64,000 bases of DNA. Source: Balneolales bacterium (GTDB lineage: Bacteria > Bacteroidota > Rhodothermia > Balneolales > HLUCCA01). The position numbers and the translations under genes are program-made. The notes below the pieces were generated by a model. The model was not told the DNA's origin. It saw nothing but the letters and a program-made list of their open reading frames with translations, and ran no database searches. Positions 46,414 to 56,621 of the stretch are shown here, piece after piece (the first letter of the stretch is position 1; the number at the start of each line of letters is the position of its first letter). The stretch covers positions 4,015 through 68,014 of the forward strand of contig JBGTBY010000016.1 of NCBI GenBank assembly GCA_041749075.1, given 5' to 3'.

Positions 46414-46804
46414 ATGGCCTCCGGTTGCCCCTCATCACGCGTCTGGCCAACAATTGCCACTCGTTCAATTGATCTTCAGTTAAGAAGACGGATAGCTCAT
46501 TTCGTAATGAGTCGGTTTCCGATCGCATCGTCTCATCCAATTCTTCTCTAGCCGAATTCATAAGCGTGCGCGTCTTGCGCCGATGCGCATCCAAGGTCTC
46601 AAAGAACCGAATTTCTTGCTCTGGTGTCAAATTCAGTTTCGTCACCACGTGGTTTCGGAACTGCCCTTCGCGATCACTTCGTGTTCGCTCGGTTCGCACC
46701 TCTTGCTGGTTTGCCACCGGATAAATCAAATAACCGGCAACGAGTCCCACGCTGAAGGTGATGACAAACAGTAACGCAATTCGGAAGGGTTGAATGGGTG
46801 TCAT
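46412..46804 (-). CDS. Spy/CpxP-like membrane-anchored periplasmic protein
   Basis: N-terminal TM; LNLTPEQ and FLTEDQ (LTxxQ) motifs. Confidence 0.75.
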   Translation of the reverse strand: MTPIQPFRIALLFVITFSVGLVAGYLIYPVANQQEVRTERTRSDREGQFRNHVVTKLNLTPEQEIRFFETLDAHRRKTRTLMNSAREELDETMRSETDSLRNELSVFLTEDQLNEWQLLARRVMRGNRRP

Positions 46805-46806
46805 GC

Positions 46807-47109
46807 TTAGTCCAATACGTGTGTGTAATCAGGGATAGTGGACGATAGGAAATCGCCACGGTCTGTGCCCAGCACATCATGCAGTTCCGTCTCGAAGGTG
46901 GGTTCGTCAACGTTCGTCATCTTCACGTTCAAGACGATGACGATCGCCAAGGTGGCGGCTAATCCTACAGAGATGCGGCGGCTGAATATCGTCCAAATCG
47001 CATCAAACGGATCATTTTGCATCGCGTCAATCTTCGAACGCAATTTCCCGACCGCCCAAGGCGACGGACTAACATCTTCATAGAGTTGCTTCAGATTTGG
47101 ATCGTTCAT
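46807..47109 (-). CDS. Putative single-TM anti-sigma factor
   Basis: Overlaps the ECF sigma stop; one central TM helix. Confidence 0.6.
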   Translation of the reverse strand: MNDPNLKQLYEDVSPSPWAVGKLRSKIDAMQNDPFDAIWTIFSRRISVGLAATLAIVIVLNVKMTNVDEPTFETELHDVLGTDRGDFLSSTIPDYTHVLD

Positions 47110-47633
47110 GGTCTTATTCCTAAATGAGTCAACCGCTCGCGGAGAATCCGCTTCGCATAAAATAACCGACTTTTCAAGGTGCCCTCCGGCGTACCGGTGA
47201 TGGCAGAAATATCCGAATAGGATAATTCCTCCACTTCCCGGAGAATCAAGATCGACCGATAGGGCTCTTCCAAGGCAGTGATGGTTCGACGAAGGACATC
47301 CCTCAATTCTTTGGAGTCATCCCCAATCGGCGATGGATCTGCCGGCTCGATTGTCTCCCCATCATCATGTTGCTTGAAGAACGACAGCATCGACCTCACT
47401 TTTCGTTTCCGGTACGCATCCATCACCGTGTTTCGGGCGATGGTATACAACCACGTTCCGATGCTGCTGTCGCCGTTGTAGGAGTCGGCCTTTTTCCACG
47501 CTTTCAAAAACACATCCTGCGTGATGTCGTCGGCATCCATCCCCGTCCCGTACGTGAGCGCGGAGACCATCCGAAAAATCTTCGGATACCAGGTCTCAAG
47601 CTCATTCTCCAACGGGTGTTCGGCCTCAGTCAT
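47106..47633 (-). CDS. ECF RNA polymerase sigma factor
   Basis: ADDITQDVFLKAW, TWLYTIARN and LSYSDIS..GTLKSRLFYA motifs; the start may be 47675. Confidence 0.93.
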   Translation of the reverse strand: MTEAEHPLENELETWYPKIFRMVSALTYGTGMDADDITQDVFLKAWKKADSYNGDSSIGTWLYTIARNTVMDAYRKRKVRSMLSFFKQHDDGETIEPADPSPIGDDSKELRDVLRRTITALEEPYRSILILREVEELSYSDISAITGTPEGTLKSRLFYAKRILRERLTHLGIRP

Positions 47634-47680
47634 GATGGAAAGATAACAGGGGATATGGATGGCCGGCGACAGCATATGAA

Positions 47681-48307
47681 TTAGTTTTGGCGACGTGGTC
47701 TACGTTGTGGCTGTTGATGTTGCATTCTCTGACCGCTTTGCGCTTGATGCGCATCGATATACGTTCTGAATATCTGATACTCTTCGGCAGTCAGCAAGGC
47801 TTTCACTTGCTCATTCAAACTGGCTCGTTCCTCATCTTTGACGCTCATGTTTCGTGGCGCCATCGTTGCCATATGGTCATCCATCAAACGTTTGAGGGAT
47901 GCTTTTTTGGCGGGATTGAGTTTCATATCGGTCGTCATCCGCTCGAAGTACGTGGACATGAACGCCTGACGGCGGATGCTTTGCTGCTGGGTCCGTCTCG
48001 CTTGATTCGCTTCCCATTCAGCGCGTTGCTCGGGTGTGAGCAGAGCCATAACATCCGCACGATGTTTCGTGGCTAGCTCGGCTTGTTTTGCTTGAAAATC
48101 TTGACGGCTGATGCTGCCGTTACGCAGCTGTACGGTGAGTGCGGTGCGCTCGGCTTGAAACGTGCCAGCCAGTTCGGCGACAGCAGTTTGTATTTCAGCG
48201 GGTAGCGTTTGTATGAAACGCCCGGCATTATTTGGACGTTGTGCCGAAACCGTGATCCATCCGCTTATTGCGGTGATCATGATAAATGTGAAGAATCGAT
48301 TGTTCAT
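47681..48307 (-). CDS. Secreted Spy/CpxP-like helical protein
   Basis: Signal peptide, LLTPEQ and LLTAEE motifs, Q/R-rich; start ATG 48307. Confidence 0.7.
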   Translation of the reverse strand: MNNRFFTFIMITAISGWITVSAQRPNNAGRFIQTLPAEIQTAVAELAGTFQAERTALTVQLRNGSISRQDFQAKQAELATKHRADVMALLTPEQRAEWEANQARRTQQQSIRRQAFMSTYFERMTTDMKLNPAKKASLKRLMDDHMATMAPRNMSVKDEERASLNEQVKALLTAEEYQIFRTYIDAHQAQSGQRMQHQQPQRRPRRQN

Positions 48308-48339
48308 AAGAAATCCTACAAGTAATGTGGTTACAAGGA

Positions 48340-48366
48340 TAGACGCGTGAACGCACAGCCGGTTGA
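48340..48366 (-). promoter_or_regulatory. Candidate ECF promoter
   Basis: Minus strand TCAAC-N16-CGTCTA upstream of the Spy/ECF operon. Confidence 0.55.
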
Positions 48367-48407
48367 AGGTGTTAGTAAATTTCGTACAAGGATAGTAGAT
48401 TAACCCG

Positions 48408-49589
48408 ATGTCAGACACCACCACCCTGGAAACAACCGAACGCCTCAAAGAGCGCGCCGAGACCGCCGAACGCAACCTGCGTTTGCTCGAAGCCGCCATC
48501 AAACACGATTACGACAGTATTTTGATCACCGAGCTGAGCATGGAAGAGCCCGGTCCCAAAATCGTGTATGTAAACGACGGCTTCACCCGCATCACCGGCT
48601 ATTCCCGTGAGGATGTGATCGGCAAAACCCCTAGGATTTTGCAGGGCCCCAAAACCGATCGAGCCGTACTCGACAAGCTGAAAGAGAACCTCAAAAAAGG
48701 ACAGTCTTTTTTCGGTCAGACCGTGAATTATCGCAAAGACGGCTCAGAATTCGTCAATCAATGGGACATCCATCCCCTCGAGAATGAAAAAGGTGAGATC
48801 ACCCACTGGGTTTCGTATCAGCACGACATCACGACCCGCAAAAAATCGGAGCAGAGTTTTCTCGACATCACGCAAGACCCTTCCGATCTGTATGAAAGCT
48901 CGAAGAAAAGTTATGTGGAGTTGGATGCGCAAGGCCTCATCCTTCAAGCCAATAAATTATTTCGCGACATGATCGGGTTTCCGAAAGAATTGATACTCGG
49001 TCGCCCGATTTGGGATTTTTTGGTCCCGAGACAAGGACATGCCCTGCAAAAACAATATTCCCGCGTGTGGCAAGACGATTTAAGTCAGCATAATGGCATC
49101 CGCTTGTTGCTTCAACATCGCAACGGGTCGCTCATTCAAGCTGAAATTGTGGCGAAGAAAATCGCCGGTCAGAAGGATGGGGAAGTCGTTCATGCCGAAG
49201 TCAAAAACCTGACCGTCAGCAAACGTGTGATGAGTGTTCTGAACCGCAAATCATTGGATTTCCTGAAGCTGTTCTCTCAAAAAACCGATTTCAACTACGG
49301 GATGATTCTGGATGCCGATAATACGCCACGCTTCAAATGGCTGTCGGATGGATTTCAGCAAATCACGGGATTCGGGCCGGATGAATGCCTGCACAAGGAC
49401 GGACTCAAAACCATCGTTCATCCCGACGATCACAACAAAACGATCCAACATCTTGCGTTGGCGTTTGCGGGCAAATCCTCATGCGAAACATTCCGCATCC
49501 GGTGCAAAAACGGATCGATTGTGACGGTGATGGACTACGCCAAGCCGGATCAGCACGAAGGCATCACCGGCGCGGTCGTACTGCGCTAG
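48408..49589 (+). CDS. Multi-PAS protein with no output domain
   Basis: PAS1 is LOV-like ([30 protein letters not shown]); PAS2 and a PAS3 (VHPDD) follow, ending at the stop. Confidence 0.85.
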   Translation: MSDTTTLETTERLKERAETAERNLRLLEAAIKHDYDSILITELSMEEPGPKIVYVNDGFTRITGYSREDVIGKTPRILQGPKTDRAVLDKLKENLKKGQSFFGQTVNYRKDGSEFVNQWDIHPLENEKGEITHWVSYQHDITTRKKSEQSFLDITQDPSDLYESSKKSYVELDAQGLILQANKLFRDMIGFPKELILGRPIWDFLVPRQGHALQKQYSRVWQDDLSQHNGIRLLLQHRNGSLIQAEIVAKKIAGQKDGEVVHAEVKNLTVSKRVMSVLNRKSLDFLKLFSQKTDFNYGMILDADNTPRFKWLSDGFQQITGFGPDECLHKDGLKTIVHPDDHNKTIQHLALAFAGKSSCETFRIRCKNGSIVTVMDYAKPDQHEGITGAVVLR

Positions 49590-52450
49590 GCCGTTTCGTA
49601 GGCTTCGGTCGGGAGGCAGGAACAGATGAGATTCCGGTCTCCGTGTGCGCTGTCGATGCGGCTCACGCTTGGCCAGAATTTCCCATCCTTCACCCAAGGC
49701 AACGGATAGGCCGCTGTCTCACGGGAGTAAGGGCGGGTCCATTCCGAAGCCAATAGCACGTCCGCCGTGTGCGGAGCATGCTTCAACACATTTTCAGCTT
49801 TGTCTGCAATTCCATCAATCACTTGTTGGATTTCGGCCCGGATGGAAATCATCGCGTCGCAAAACTGATCCAATTCTTCCATCGATTCGCTCTCGGTCGG
49901 CTCGATCATCAGGGTTCCAGCTACCGGAAACGAGACCGTTGGCGCGTGATATCCATAATCCATCAAGCGCTTGGCCACATCTTCCACTTCGATGCCGAAG
50001 GCTTTGAACGGACGAAAATCCAAGATGAATTCGTGCGCGCAACGGTTGTTTCGTCCCGCATATAACACCGGATAGGCATTTTGGAGGCGGGCCTTCATGT
50101 AGTTCGCATTCAGAATGGCGAATTCCGTGGCCTTACGCAGTCCATCGGCACCCATCAGACGGATGTATGCGTAACTGATCGTCAAAATGCTCGCACTGCC
50201 CCACGGCGCGGCCGAGACCGGCGTGATACCCAACTCACCGCCCATAGCAATTACGGGATGCCCGGGCAGAAACGGCGCCAAGTGTTTTGCGACGCCGATC
50301 GGACCCATTCCAGGTCCACCGCCACCATGCGGAATGCAGAATGTCTTATGCAGATTCAGGTGGCACACATCCGCTCCGATGTTCGCAGGGCTCGTGAGTC
50401 CCACCTGCGCGTTCATGTTCGCCCCATCCATATACACCTGCCCCCCGCGACGATGGACGATCTCACAAATCTCACGAATTTCTTCCTCGAACACGCCATG
50501 CGTCGAAGGATACGTCACCATCAAGCACGACAAGCGATCTGCGTATTGGTCCGCTTTCGCGGTGAGGTCGGCCAAGTCGATGTTTCCACTTTCATCACAT
50601 TTCGTTACCACGACCTGCATCCCCGCCATCACGGCCGACGCCGGGTTGGTCCCATGGGCCGAACTGGGGATCAACGCCACGTTGCGATGCCCCTCGCCAC
50701 GATGCTCGTGCCAAGCTCGGATCGTCATCAATCCCGCATACTCACCTTGCGCACCCGAATTGGGCTGCAACGACACCGCGTCGAAGCCAGTGATTTCACA
50801 TAACCAGGTTTCCAGATCGGAAATCAGTTCGCGGTAGCCTTCGGTCTGATCCGCCGGCGCGAACGGATGTATGTTGCCGAACTCGGGCCAGGTGACTGGA
50901 ATCATTTCCGTGGTGGCATTCAGTTTCATGGTGCACGAACCCAGCGCAATCATCGAATGAGCGAGTGACAAATCCTTGTTCTCCAAGCGCTTCAGATAGC
51001 GTAACATTTCGTGTTCGCTGTGATGCATATTGAACACGGGATGCGTCATGAATTCGCTCGTTCGCATCACATTCTCAGGCAAGTAAGGCACTACGGTCGT
51101 TTGTGGCGTCGCCGAAATTCCAAATACAGAAGCCACATCGCTCACGTCGTCTATGGTTTTGGCTTCATCGAAGGAAAGTGCGATTTGAGTATCGCCGATG
51201 TATCGGAAATTGATGCCCTTGGCTTCGGCTTTCGTACGGATTTGATCGCGTTTTGACGAATCTCCGATTTCGATATGCAAGGTGTCGAACCACACGGTGT
51301 TTAGAATCTGATATCCGGCTTTTTGCAGTTCGAAGGCGAGCGACGTTGTGAGACCGTAGGTTCGTTCCGCAATTTCGGTGAGTCCTTTCGGTCCATGATA
51401 CACGCCGTACGCCGCCGCCATCACCGATAGCAGAACTTGGGCGGTGCAGATGTTGGATGTCGCTTTTTCGCGGCGGATGTGCTGCTCGCGGGTTTGCAAT
51501 GCCATGCGGTAGGCCGGCTTTCCTTGGGCATCGATGGATGCGCCAATGATGCGTCCTGGAATAGAACGCTTGAACGAGTCTTTGGTGGCGAAGAACGCCG
51601 CATGCGGTCCGCCGAAGCCCATCGGAATGCCCAGGCGCTGCGAGGTGCCAACCACAACATCCGCGCCCATCTCACCCGGAGATTTGACCATGACGCATGC
51701 CAAGAGATCCGTTGCGACCACCGAAAAAACGCTATGCTCATGTGCCGCCGCGATAATGGATGTCAGATCGCGCACATTCCCGAATTGATCGGGGTTTTGA
51801 AGGAGGATGGCAAATAGGGATGGATCCGTCACGTCCACTGCCGTCGCGTCGCCCGTGACCAGTTCAATGCCGAGGGGCGTGGCGCGGGTGTGGAGCAGAG
51901 CGAGGGTCTGGGGAAAGACGGTGTCCGACACAAAAAAGCGGTGCGCGTTTTTCTTCGCTGCCGGACGCGCCGCATGCAGCATCGTCATGGCTTCGGCGGC
52001 GGCAGTGGCTTCATCCAACAAAGAGGCATTGGCGATTTCCATGCCGGTGAGATCCATCACCATCGTTTGGAAATTGATCAGCATTTCGAGGCGCCCTTGC
52101 GCGATTTCGGCCTGATATGGGGTATACGCCGTGTACCAACCCGGATTCTCCAGAATATTGCGAAGAATCACTTTCGGTGTGATGTTCTCATAATAGCCCA
52201 TGCCAATGAAGCTGCGGAAAATCTTGTTCTTCGTGGCGAGGCCTTTGAACTCGCTAAGGAAGAGGGCTTCGTCGGTGGCGGGAGGGAGGTTCAATTCGCG
52301 CTTGAGGCGTATGGAAGCGGGAATGGTCTGGGTGATGAGCTCGTCTAAGGAGGTGGCACCGACCGTTTTCAGCATGTCGCTGGTTTGGCTACGGTCCGGG
52401 CCGATGTGTCGGGATGCGAATCGCTCACGACGTGACAAATCGATACTCAT
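49586..52450 (-). CDS. gcvP: Glycine dehydrogenase (decarboxylating), P protein
   Basis: [32 protein letters not shown] and HLNLHKTF motifs; TATCTTTG promoter box at 52484-52491. Confidence 0.98.
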   Translation of the reverse strand: MSIDLSRRERFASRHIGPDRSQTSDMLKTVGATSLDELITQTIPASIRLKRELNLPPATDEALFLSEFKGLATKNKIFRSFIGMGYYENITPKVILRNILENPGWYTAYTPYQAEIAQGRLEMLINFQTMVMDLTGMEIANASLLDEATAAAEAMTMLHAARPAAKKNAHRFFVSDTVFPQTLALLHTRATPLGIELVTGDATAVDVTDPSLFAILLQNPDQFGNVRDLTSIIAAAHEHSVFSVVATDLLACVMVKSPGEMGADVVVGTSQRLGIPMGFGGPHAAFFATKDSFKRSIPGRIIGASIDAQGKPAYRMALQTREQHIRREKATSNICTAQVLLSVMAAAYGVYHGPKGLTEIAERTYGLTTSLAFELQKAGYQILNTVWFDTLHIEIGDSSKRDQIRTKAEAKGINFRYIGDTQIALSFDEAKTIDDVSDVASVFGISATPQTTVVPYLPENVMRTSEFMTHPVFNMHHSEHEMLRYLKRLENKDLSLAHSMIALGSCTMKLNATTEMIPVTWPEFGNIHPFAPADQTEGYRELISDLETWLCEITGFDAVSLQPNSGAQGEYAGLMTIRAWHEHRGEGHRNVALIPSSAHGTNPASAVMAGMQVVVTKCDESGNIDLADLTAKADQYADRLSCLMVTYPSTHGVFEEEIREICEIVHRRGGQVYMDGANMNAQVGLTSPANIGADVCHLNLHKTFCIPHGGGGPGMGPIGVAKHLAPFLPGHPVIAMGGELGITPVSAAPWGSASILTISYAYIRLMGADGLRKATEFAILNANYMKARLQNAYPVLYAGRNNRCAHEFILDFRPFKAFGIEVEDVAKRLMDYGYHAPTVSFPVAGTLMIEPTESESMEELDQFCDAMISIRAEIQQVIDGIADKAENVLKHAPHTADVLLASEWTRPYSRETAAYPLPWVKDGKFWPSVSRIDSAHGDRNLICSCLPTEAYETA

Positions 52451-52516
52451 GGAGATGGAAAAGTGGGTGGTTTAGCGGACCAACAAAGATACGGGCCACG
52501 GCGTTTCAGGAAAAAT

Positions 52517-52543
52517 TGTAACCTTTGACTTCTTGTTTGAATC
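52517..52543 (+). promoter_or_regulatory. Candidate ECF promoter
   Basis: TGTAAC-N16-GAATC upstream of the membrane protein/ECF/anti-sigma trio. Confidence 0.45.
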
Positions 52544-52576
52544 TTAAGGGAAATTACCAACCAACGCACCCATCCC

Positions 52577-53080
52577 ATGGAAACATTCGCATTCGCACTC
52601 ATCTTCATCTCCTTCATCGCCGCCGGATTTTTTGTCTGGTTTTTTTCCTTCAAAGCCAAACAAGAGGAGCGCCGCTTCTTGATCGAGAAAGGCTACAAAC
52701 TGGAGGAACTTCCTGCATCCGCCTCCTTCAATATCCAAATTCCATGGATGAAAGTGGGTATCGTGCTCACATCTACCGCGATCGGTTTTCTGTTTGCATT
52801 AATCACACATGAGTCAGCTGCAGTCATGCCCCTACTGTTGTTCGGTGCCGGGCTTGGTATGATTATCGCTCAGGCCATCGAAAACGGTTTTAGAATGAAC
52901 CTATGGAGGAAGTTGATTTTTGGACTCCTGGGACTTGGAATTGGTGGTCTCTTAAGCTCCGTTCTCGTGTATCAGTTGTCGTTTGATTCGGATATCGCCG
53001 TGTTCGCATTGATATTCAGCTTCGCTCTGGCACTCCTCATCGAAATCCTTACTCAAAAGTCGACTGTGCCCGGCAAATGA
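52577..53080 (+). CDS. Membrane protein (DUF6249-like)
   Basis: ERRFLIEKG motif after TM1; five hydrophobic segments. Confidence 0.7.
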   Translation: METFAFALIFISFIAAGFFVWFFSFKAKQEERRFLIEKGYKLEELPASASFNIQIPWMKVGIVLTSTAIGFLFALITHESAAVMPLLLFGAGLGMIIAQAIENGFRMNLWRKLIFGLLGLGIGGLLSSVLVYQLSFDSDIAVFALIFSFALALLIEILTQKSTVPGK

Positions 53081-53598
53081 CCGAGACTTGGATCAAAGAG
53101 ATCCTGTCTGGCGATCATGAAGCGTTCCGACACATCGTGCGGGCGCATCAGGACCGGATGTGGAACATCGCGCTATCCGTGGTCAAGTCACCGGATCTGG
53201 CACAGGATGTGGTTCAGAACGCGTTCGTCAACGCCTATCTAAAACTGTCTTCCTATTCCGGTGCGGTTCCGTTCGAAGCCTGGTTATACCGTATCGTGGT
53301 GAACGCCGCCTTGCAAGAATTGCGAAAACAGCCACCTGTGTCAGAGGAATCGACCGATAGAATCATAGACGATGTTGATTCGATAGAGGATGAAGCCGAT
53401 CGGATCCGATTCATCCTCACCAAGATGAAATCGAATGAAGCTCTATCCTTGCAACTTCATTATCTGGATGGATTTTCCATTCAGGAAATCACCCTCATAA
53501 CCGGCTGGACCGAATCCAATGCCAAGGTCATTCTCCATCGAGCCCGGGAATCGATGCGTAGGATGATGACACAACAAGCAGACCTACGAATAGGATGA
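53077..53598 (+). CDS. ECF RNA polymerase sigma factor
   Basis: GDHEAF, AQDVVQNAF, WLYRIVVN and SNAKVILHRAR motifs. Confidence 0.93.
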   Translation: MTETWIKEILSGDHEAFRHIVRAHQDRMWNIALSVVKSPDLAQDVVQNAFVNAYLKLSSYSGAVPFEAWLYRIVVNAALQELRKQPPVSEESTDRIIDDVDSIEDEADRIRFILTKMKSNEALSLQLHYLDGFSIQEITLITGWTESNAKVILHRARESMRRMMTQQADLRIG

Positions 53599-53921
53599 AC
53601 ATACAAGAACAAGATCCATTCCGTGAATGGATGACATTCGCTCAAACACCCATCCCCATAAAGGATATGGAGGATTTGGTATTGGCCGACATCCGAGCCA
53701 TCCAAAAAGGAAAAGAGGTGCGTCGGCGTTACTTGATGTTCGCTTGGTTCAGCTTCCTGATCGGGGCTGTATCTGGCTTATGGATCGCATCGCCGATCTA
53801 TGCGGATTTGCTTCATCCATCAACCGAATTCCTGCTTCAACTGGTGGTCAGTATCGCCTTGATGTTCGGATTCAACCAATTGTGGCAGCAAAGCCGCGCG
53901 CTAGACAAGGGCTCGTTATAG
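53595..53921 (+). CDS. Putative two-TM anti-sigma factor
   Basis: ATGA overlap with the sigma gene; two TM helices. Confidence 0.6.
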   Translation: MNIQEQDPFREWMTFAQTPIPIKDMEDLVLADIRAIQKGKEVRRRYLMFAWFSFLIGAVSGLWIASPIYADLLHPSTEFLLQLVVSIALMFGFNQLWQQSRALDKGSL

Positions 53922-54026
53922 GCTAAATCCTTTCGGACAATTTCAAAAACTTTCATAATCTTTCAAATGTATTATGAAAAAGTCTATTTTAGTGTAGATT
54001 AGCATCTATCACTAAAGGGATTGGGA

Positions 54027-55895
54027 ATGAAGAAAGGAATCATCATCGGCCTTGTTCTGACAAGTTTCGCCTGTACGACAGAAGCGCCGCTTGTGCCCCA
54101 AGCGCTCGATTTCACCGAGAATCCGATCGATATCCCGAATCCGGATCGAGGCGCGTATCGAGGTCGGTGGCAGAATATTCCGCCGAATCTAGTGAATGCC
54201 AAGAACTCGCCATTTGGTATCACTCCTGAAGTGGATCATCGGGTTCCGGTTGATGCGACATCCGTTTTATATCATGGCAGACAGGTGCCGCCAGTGGAAG
54301 GGGATGATATCGAGGAGACGGAGTTTTATAACGGCATCAATCAGAATACCGGTCCTTACATCGGTGGAACCGGGGTTTCCGCGATGCCTTCCGTCTCGTT
54401 CATGAGTTTTGATTTGAATCTGTTTTCATCCAACGCGTTCCTTTCGGCGAAAGACGCTTTCGGATATAAAGAAGATGGATTGTTCATCGACCCGAAAACC
54501 GGGGCCACGCGGACCGGCAAAACACAACCGCTGACGCCTTATGCGCTTGAGTACATAAGAGGACTTCTGCAAAAAGTACGAGATGGCGACGGAGTGGCGT
54601 TCGTGAAGTTCTCCTATGATGGAAACGGGTTCAATTACATCGAGCCTCATAAGTATCCACATCTGGATCTCATTGAAGGACTTATTCATGGTCCGGAACC
54701 CGCTTATGTCACTCCGAACAATCCATCGGCGATGACGGATGTTGCCGGACATGAGGACAAAGATTGGATCCAATATCATCTTTGGCAGCTCAAGCCCATT
54801 TTCGAAGAATACGAAGACGTCATCATGACCGTGAAAACGGGAATGCTGGGTCCATGGGGCGAACAGCACTCTTCACCGATGTCGTTGAGTGCGGATGCGG
54901 CCAAGCGCTTTTTGGATAGCTATTTGGAAGTGGTCCCTTCTTCGCGCATTCTGCTGACGAATCAGCGATTGTTCATGGCCTGGTACAATCTCACATATGG
55001 CACCCGTTTTGACGCGACGACCATCCACACTATGCCGATTCCGGAAAAAGGCTCACCAGAAGCGAGATTCGGCTTTTTTGATGATAGTTATGCAGCGAAC
55101 TATTCGAATAATGGCCGATATCATGCGCCACAGGATCGATTCCGATTTCTGAAATGGCTGCATCAGGCAAACACGATTCTTCAAGTGGAAGGCGGAGTCG
55201 GCGACAATACATTTGGCCACATGCCGGGCGCGATCATCGAAGCGCAGGAATTTCGGACCACGGTTTTGAATATGAGGCATGGTCGCTACGATCGATGGAA
55301 TGACTTCATCTATAATGAAGCGAATGTAACGGCGCCGGTCACGTTCCCGGTATCGATCGATGAGACCGTTCCGCCGTTCACGGGTCCGACCAAGACGGCC
55401 TTCTTTGATCCGGTGTATGACGGCAGAACCGGATTGGAGTTCTTCCGTGATCGGTTAGGGTATCGATTGGTCTTGCGCGATGCGAACGCCAGCGAATGGG
55501 TGGATGCGAATGGAAAACTGAGGTTCGAAGGAAAAATCCAAAACGTCGGATTCGGCAACATCGTGAATCGCAAACAGGTGTCGGTGATTTTAAGATCCAC
55601 ATCCGGCTCCGAATCATACATCGCGCTGACCAATCTGGATGCCAGAGACTGGCTGACGGATGAAGCTGGAAACGGTCGCCCCGACAACACATCCGCCTGG
55701 CGTGATCTGAACATCCGCATAAAGCTGTCCGATTTCGGTGAAGTTCCAGCCGGAGAGTATGACATCTACCTGAAAATCAACGATCCCAAAGAGCAAAGCC
55801 CGAACAAGCGCTCCATCCGTTTCGCGAACAACGGTGATCATTGGGATGCGGACCTCGGCGCTAACTTGATTGGTTCGACTACAGTTGCCCTATAA
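54027..55895 (+). CDS. Lipoprotein, DUF4874/DUF4832-like putative glycoside hydrolase (paralogue 1)
   Basis: FA-C lipobox; NPDRG, GPWGE, RLGYRLVL, IQNVGFG and IRFAN motifs. Confidence 0.8.
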   Translation: MKKGIIIGLVLTSFACTTEAPLVPQALDFTENPIDIPNPDRGAYRGRWQNIPPNLVNAKNSPFGITPEVDHRVPVDATSVLYHGRQVPPVEGDDIEETEFYNGINQNTGPYIGGTGVSAMPSVSFMSFDLNLFSSNAFLSAKDAFGYKEDGLFIDPKTGATRTGKTQPLTPYALEYIRGLLQKVRDGDGVAFVKFSYDGNGFNYIEPHKYPHLDLIEGLIHGPEPAYVTPNNPSAMTDVAGHEDKDWIQYHLWQLKPIFEEYEDVIMTVKTGMLGPWGEQHSSPMSLSADAAKRFLDSYLEVVPSSRILLTNQRLFMAWYNLTYGTRFDATTIHTMPIPEKGSPEARFGFFDDSYAANYSNNGRYHAPQDRFRFLKWLHQANTILQVEGGVGDNTFGHMPGAIIEAQEFRTTVLNMRHGRYDRWNDFIYNEANVTAPVTFPVSIDETVPPFTGPTKTAFFDPVYDGRTGLEFFRDRLGYRLVLRDANASEWVDANGKLRFEGKIQNVGFGNIVNRKQVSVILRSTSGSESYIALTNLDARDWLTDEAGNGRPDNTSAWRDLNIRIKLSDFGEVPAGEYDIYLKINDPKEQSPNKRSIRFANNGDHWDADLGANLIGSTTVAL

Positions 55896-56608
55896 TGATG
55901 CCAAAAGACATGTTCAGATTAAGTGTAATCGTTCTCCCCATCATTCTATTTTCAGTTACATCCTGTACGAAAAAGGAAGTACCAGGTCTTGTTGCCCATT
56001 ATTCCTTTAATGGGGATGCCTCTGATGAGAGCCGCAACCAAAACAATGCCATCGTGCATGATGCGACACTGACCAGCGACAGATTTGGAAATACAAACAG
56101 TGCTTACCGTTTTAATGGTACCTCTGCATTTATTTTCGCCCGGGTGAAAAATATGCCTGCACCCGATGCAGCCCAGACAATCTCCTGGTGGTTCATGATT
56201 GAGCAACCACCGGATTATAGTGATTCCCTGGGCGCAGATAATATGATTGCCCTGGTAGACACGGTTGATGGTATCGGCCTCCAGTTCGGCTATCGTGCGC
56301 CCGGTTATCAAACACTGGGTCTCGATACCTGGTATTGGGGCGGAAGTACGGTATTTGAGTCTGAACAACCAGCGATTCAAGTGTGGCACCATTGCCTTTA
56401 CACATACGATGGTCAGACGCACCGGTTTTACATGAACGGCGATCTGATTTCACAATCAGAAGTGGAGCCGCAGGCCGGAACTCCGGACATGCTCATGTTC
56501 GGGAATTATCCTGGAGGTAACCAATTTTTCACCGGCGCTTTGGATGACGTTCGGATTTATAATCGTGTGTTGTCTCAATCGGAGATTGAGATTGTCTTTA
56601 ACCATTAA
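55895..56608 (+). CDS. LamG/concanavalin-like lectin-domain lipoprotein
   Basis: TS-C lipobox; LVAHYSFNG, DRFGNTNSAYRFNG, WHH and GALDDVRIYNRVLS motifs. Confidence 0.88.
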   Translation: MMPKDMFRLSVIVLPIILFSVTSCTKKEVPGLVAHYSFNGDASDESRNQNNAIVHDATLTSDRFGNTNSAYRFNGTSAFIFARVKNMPAPDAAQTISWWFMIEQPPDYSDSLGADNMIALVDTVDGIGLQFGYRAPGYQTLGLDTWYWGGSTVFESEQPAIQVWHHCLYTYDGQTHRFYMNGDLISQSEVEPQAGTPDMLMFGNYPGGNQFFTGALDDVRIYNRVLSQSEIEIVFNH

Positions 56609-56621
56609 GTGGGAGGGATAG

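Noticed and set aside
48408-48840. Canonical blue-light LOV photoreceptor
   Set aside because: The adduct-forming cysteine is replaced by proline.
20142-49589. Repeated short convergent stop overlaps (20142-20145, 26067-26083, 40945-40948, 44438-44466, 49586-49589)
   Set aside because: Expected in a compact genome; nothing suggests a dedicated antisense system.
52451-52576. Glycine riboswitch before gcvP
   Set aside because: The promoter box lies about 33 nt from the start, and no aptamer motifs are visible.
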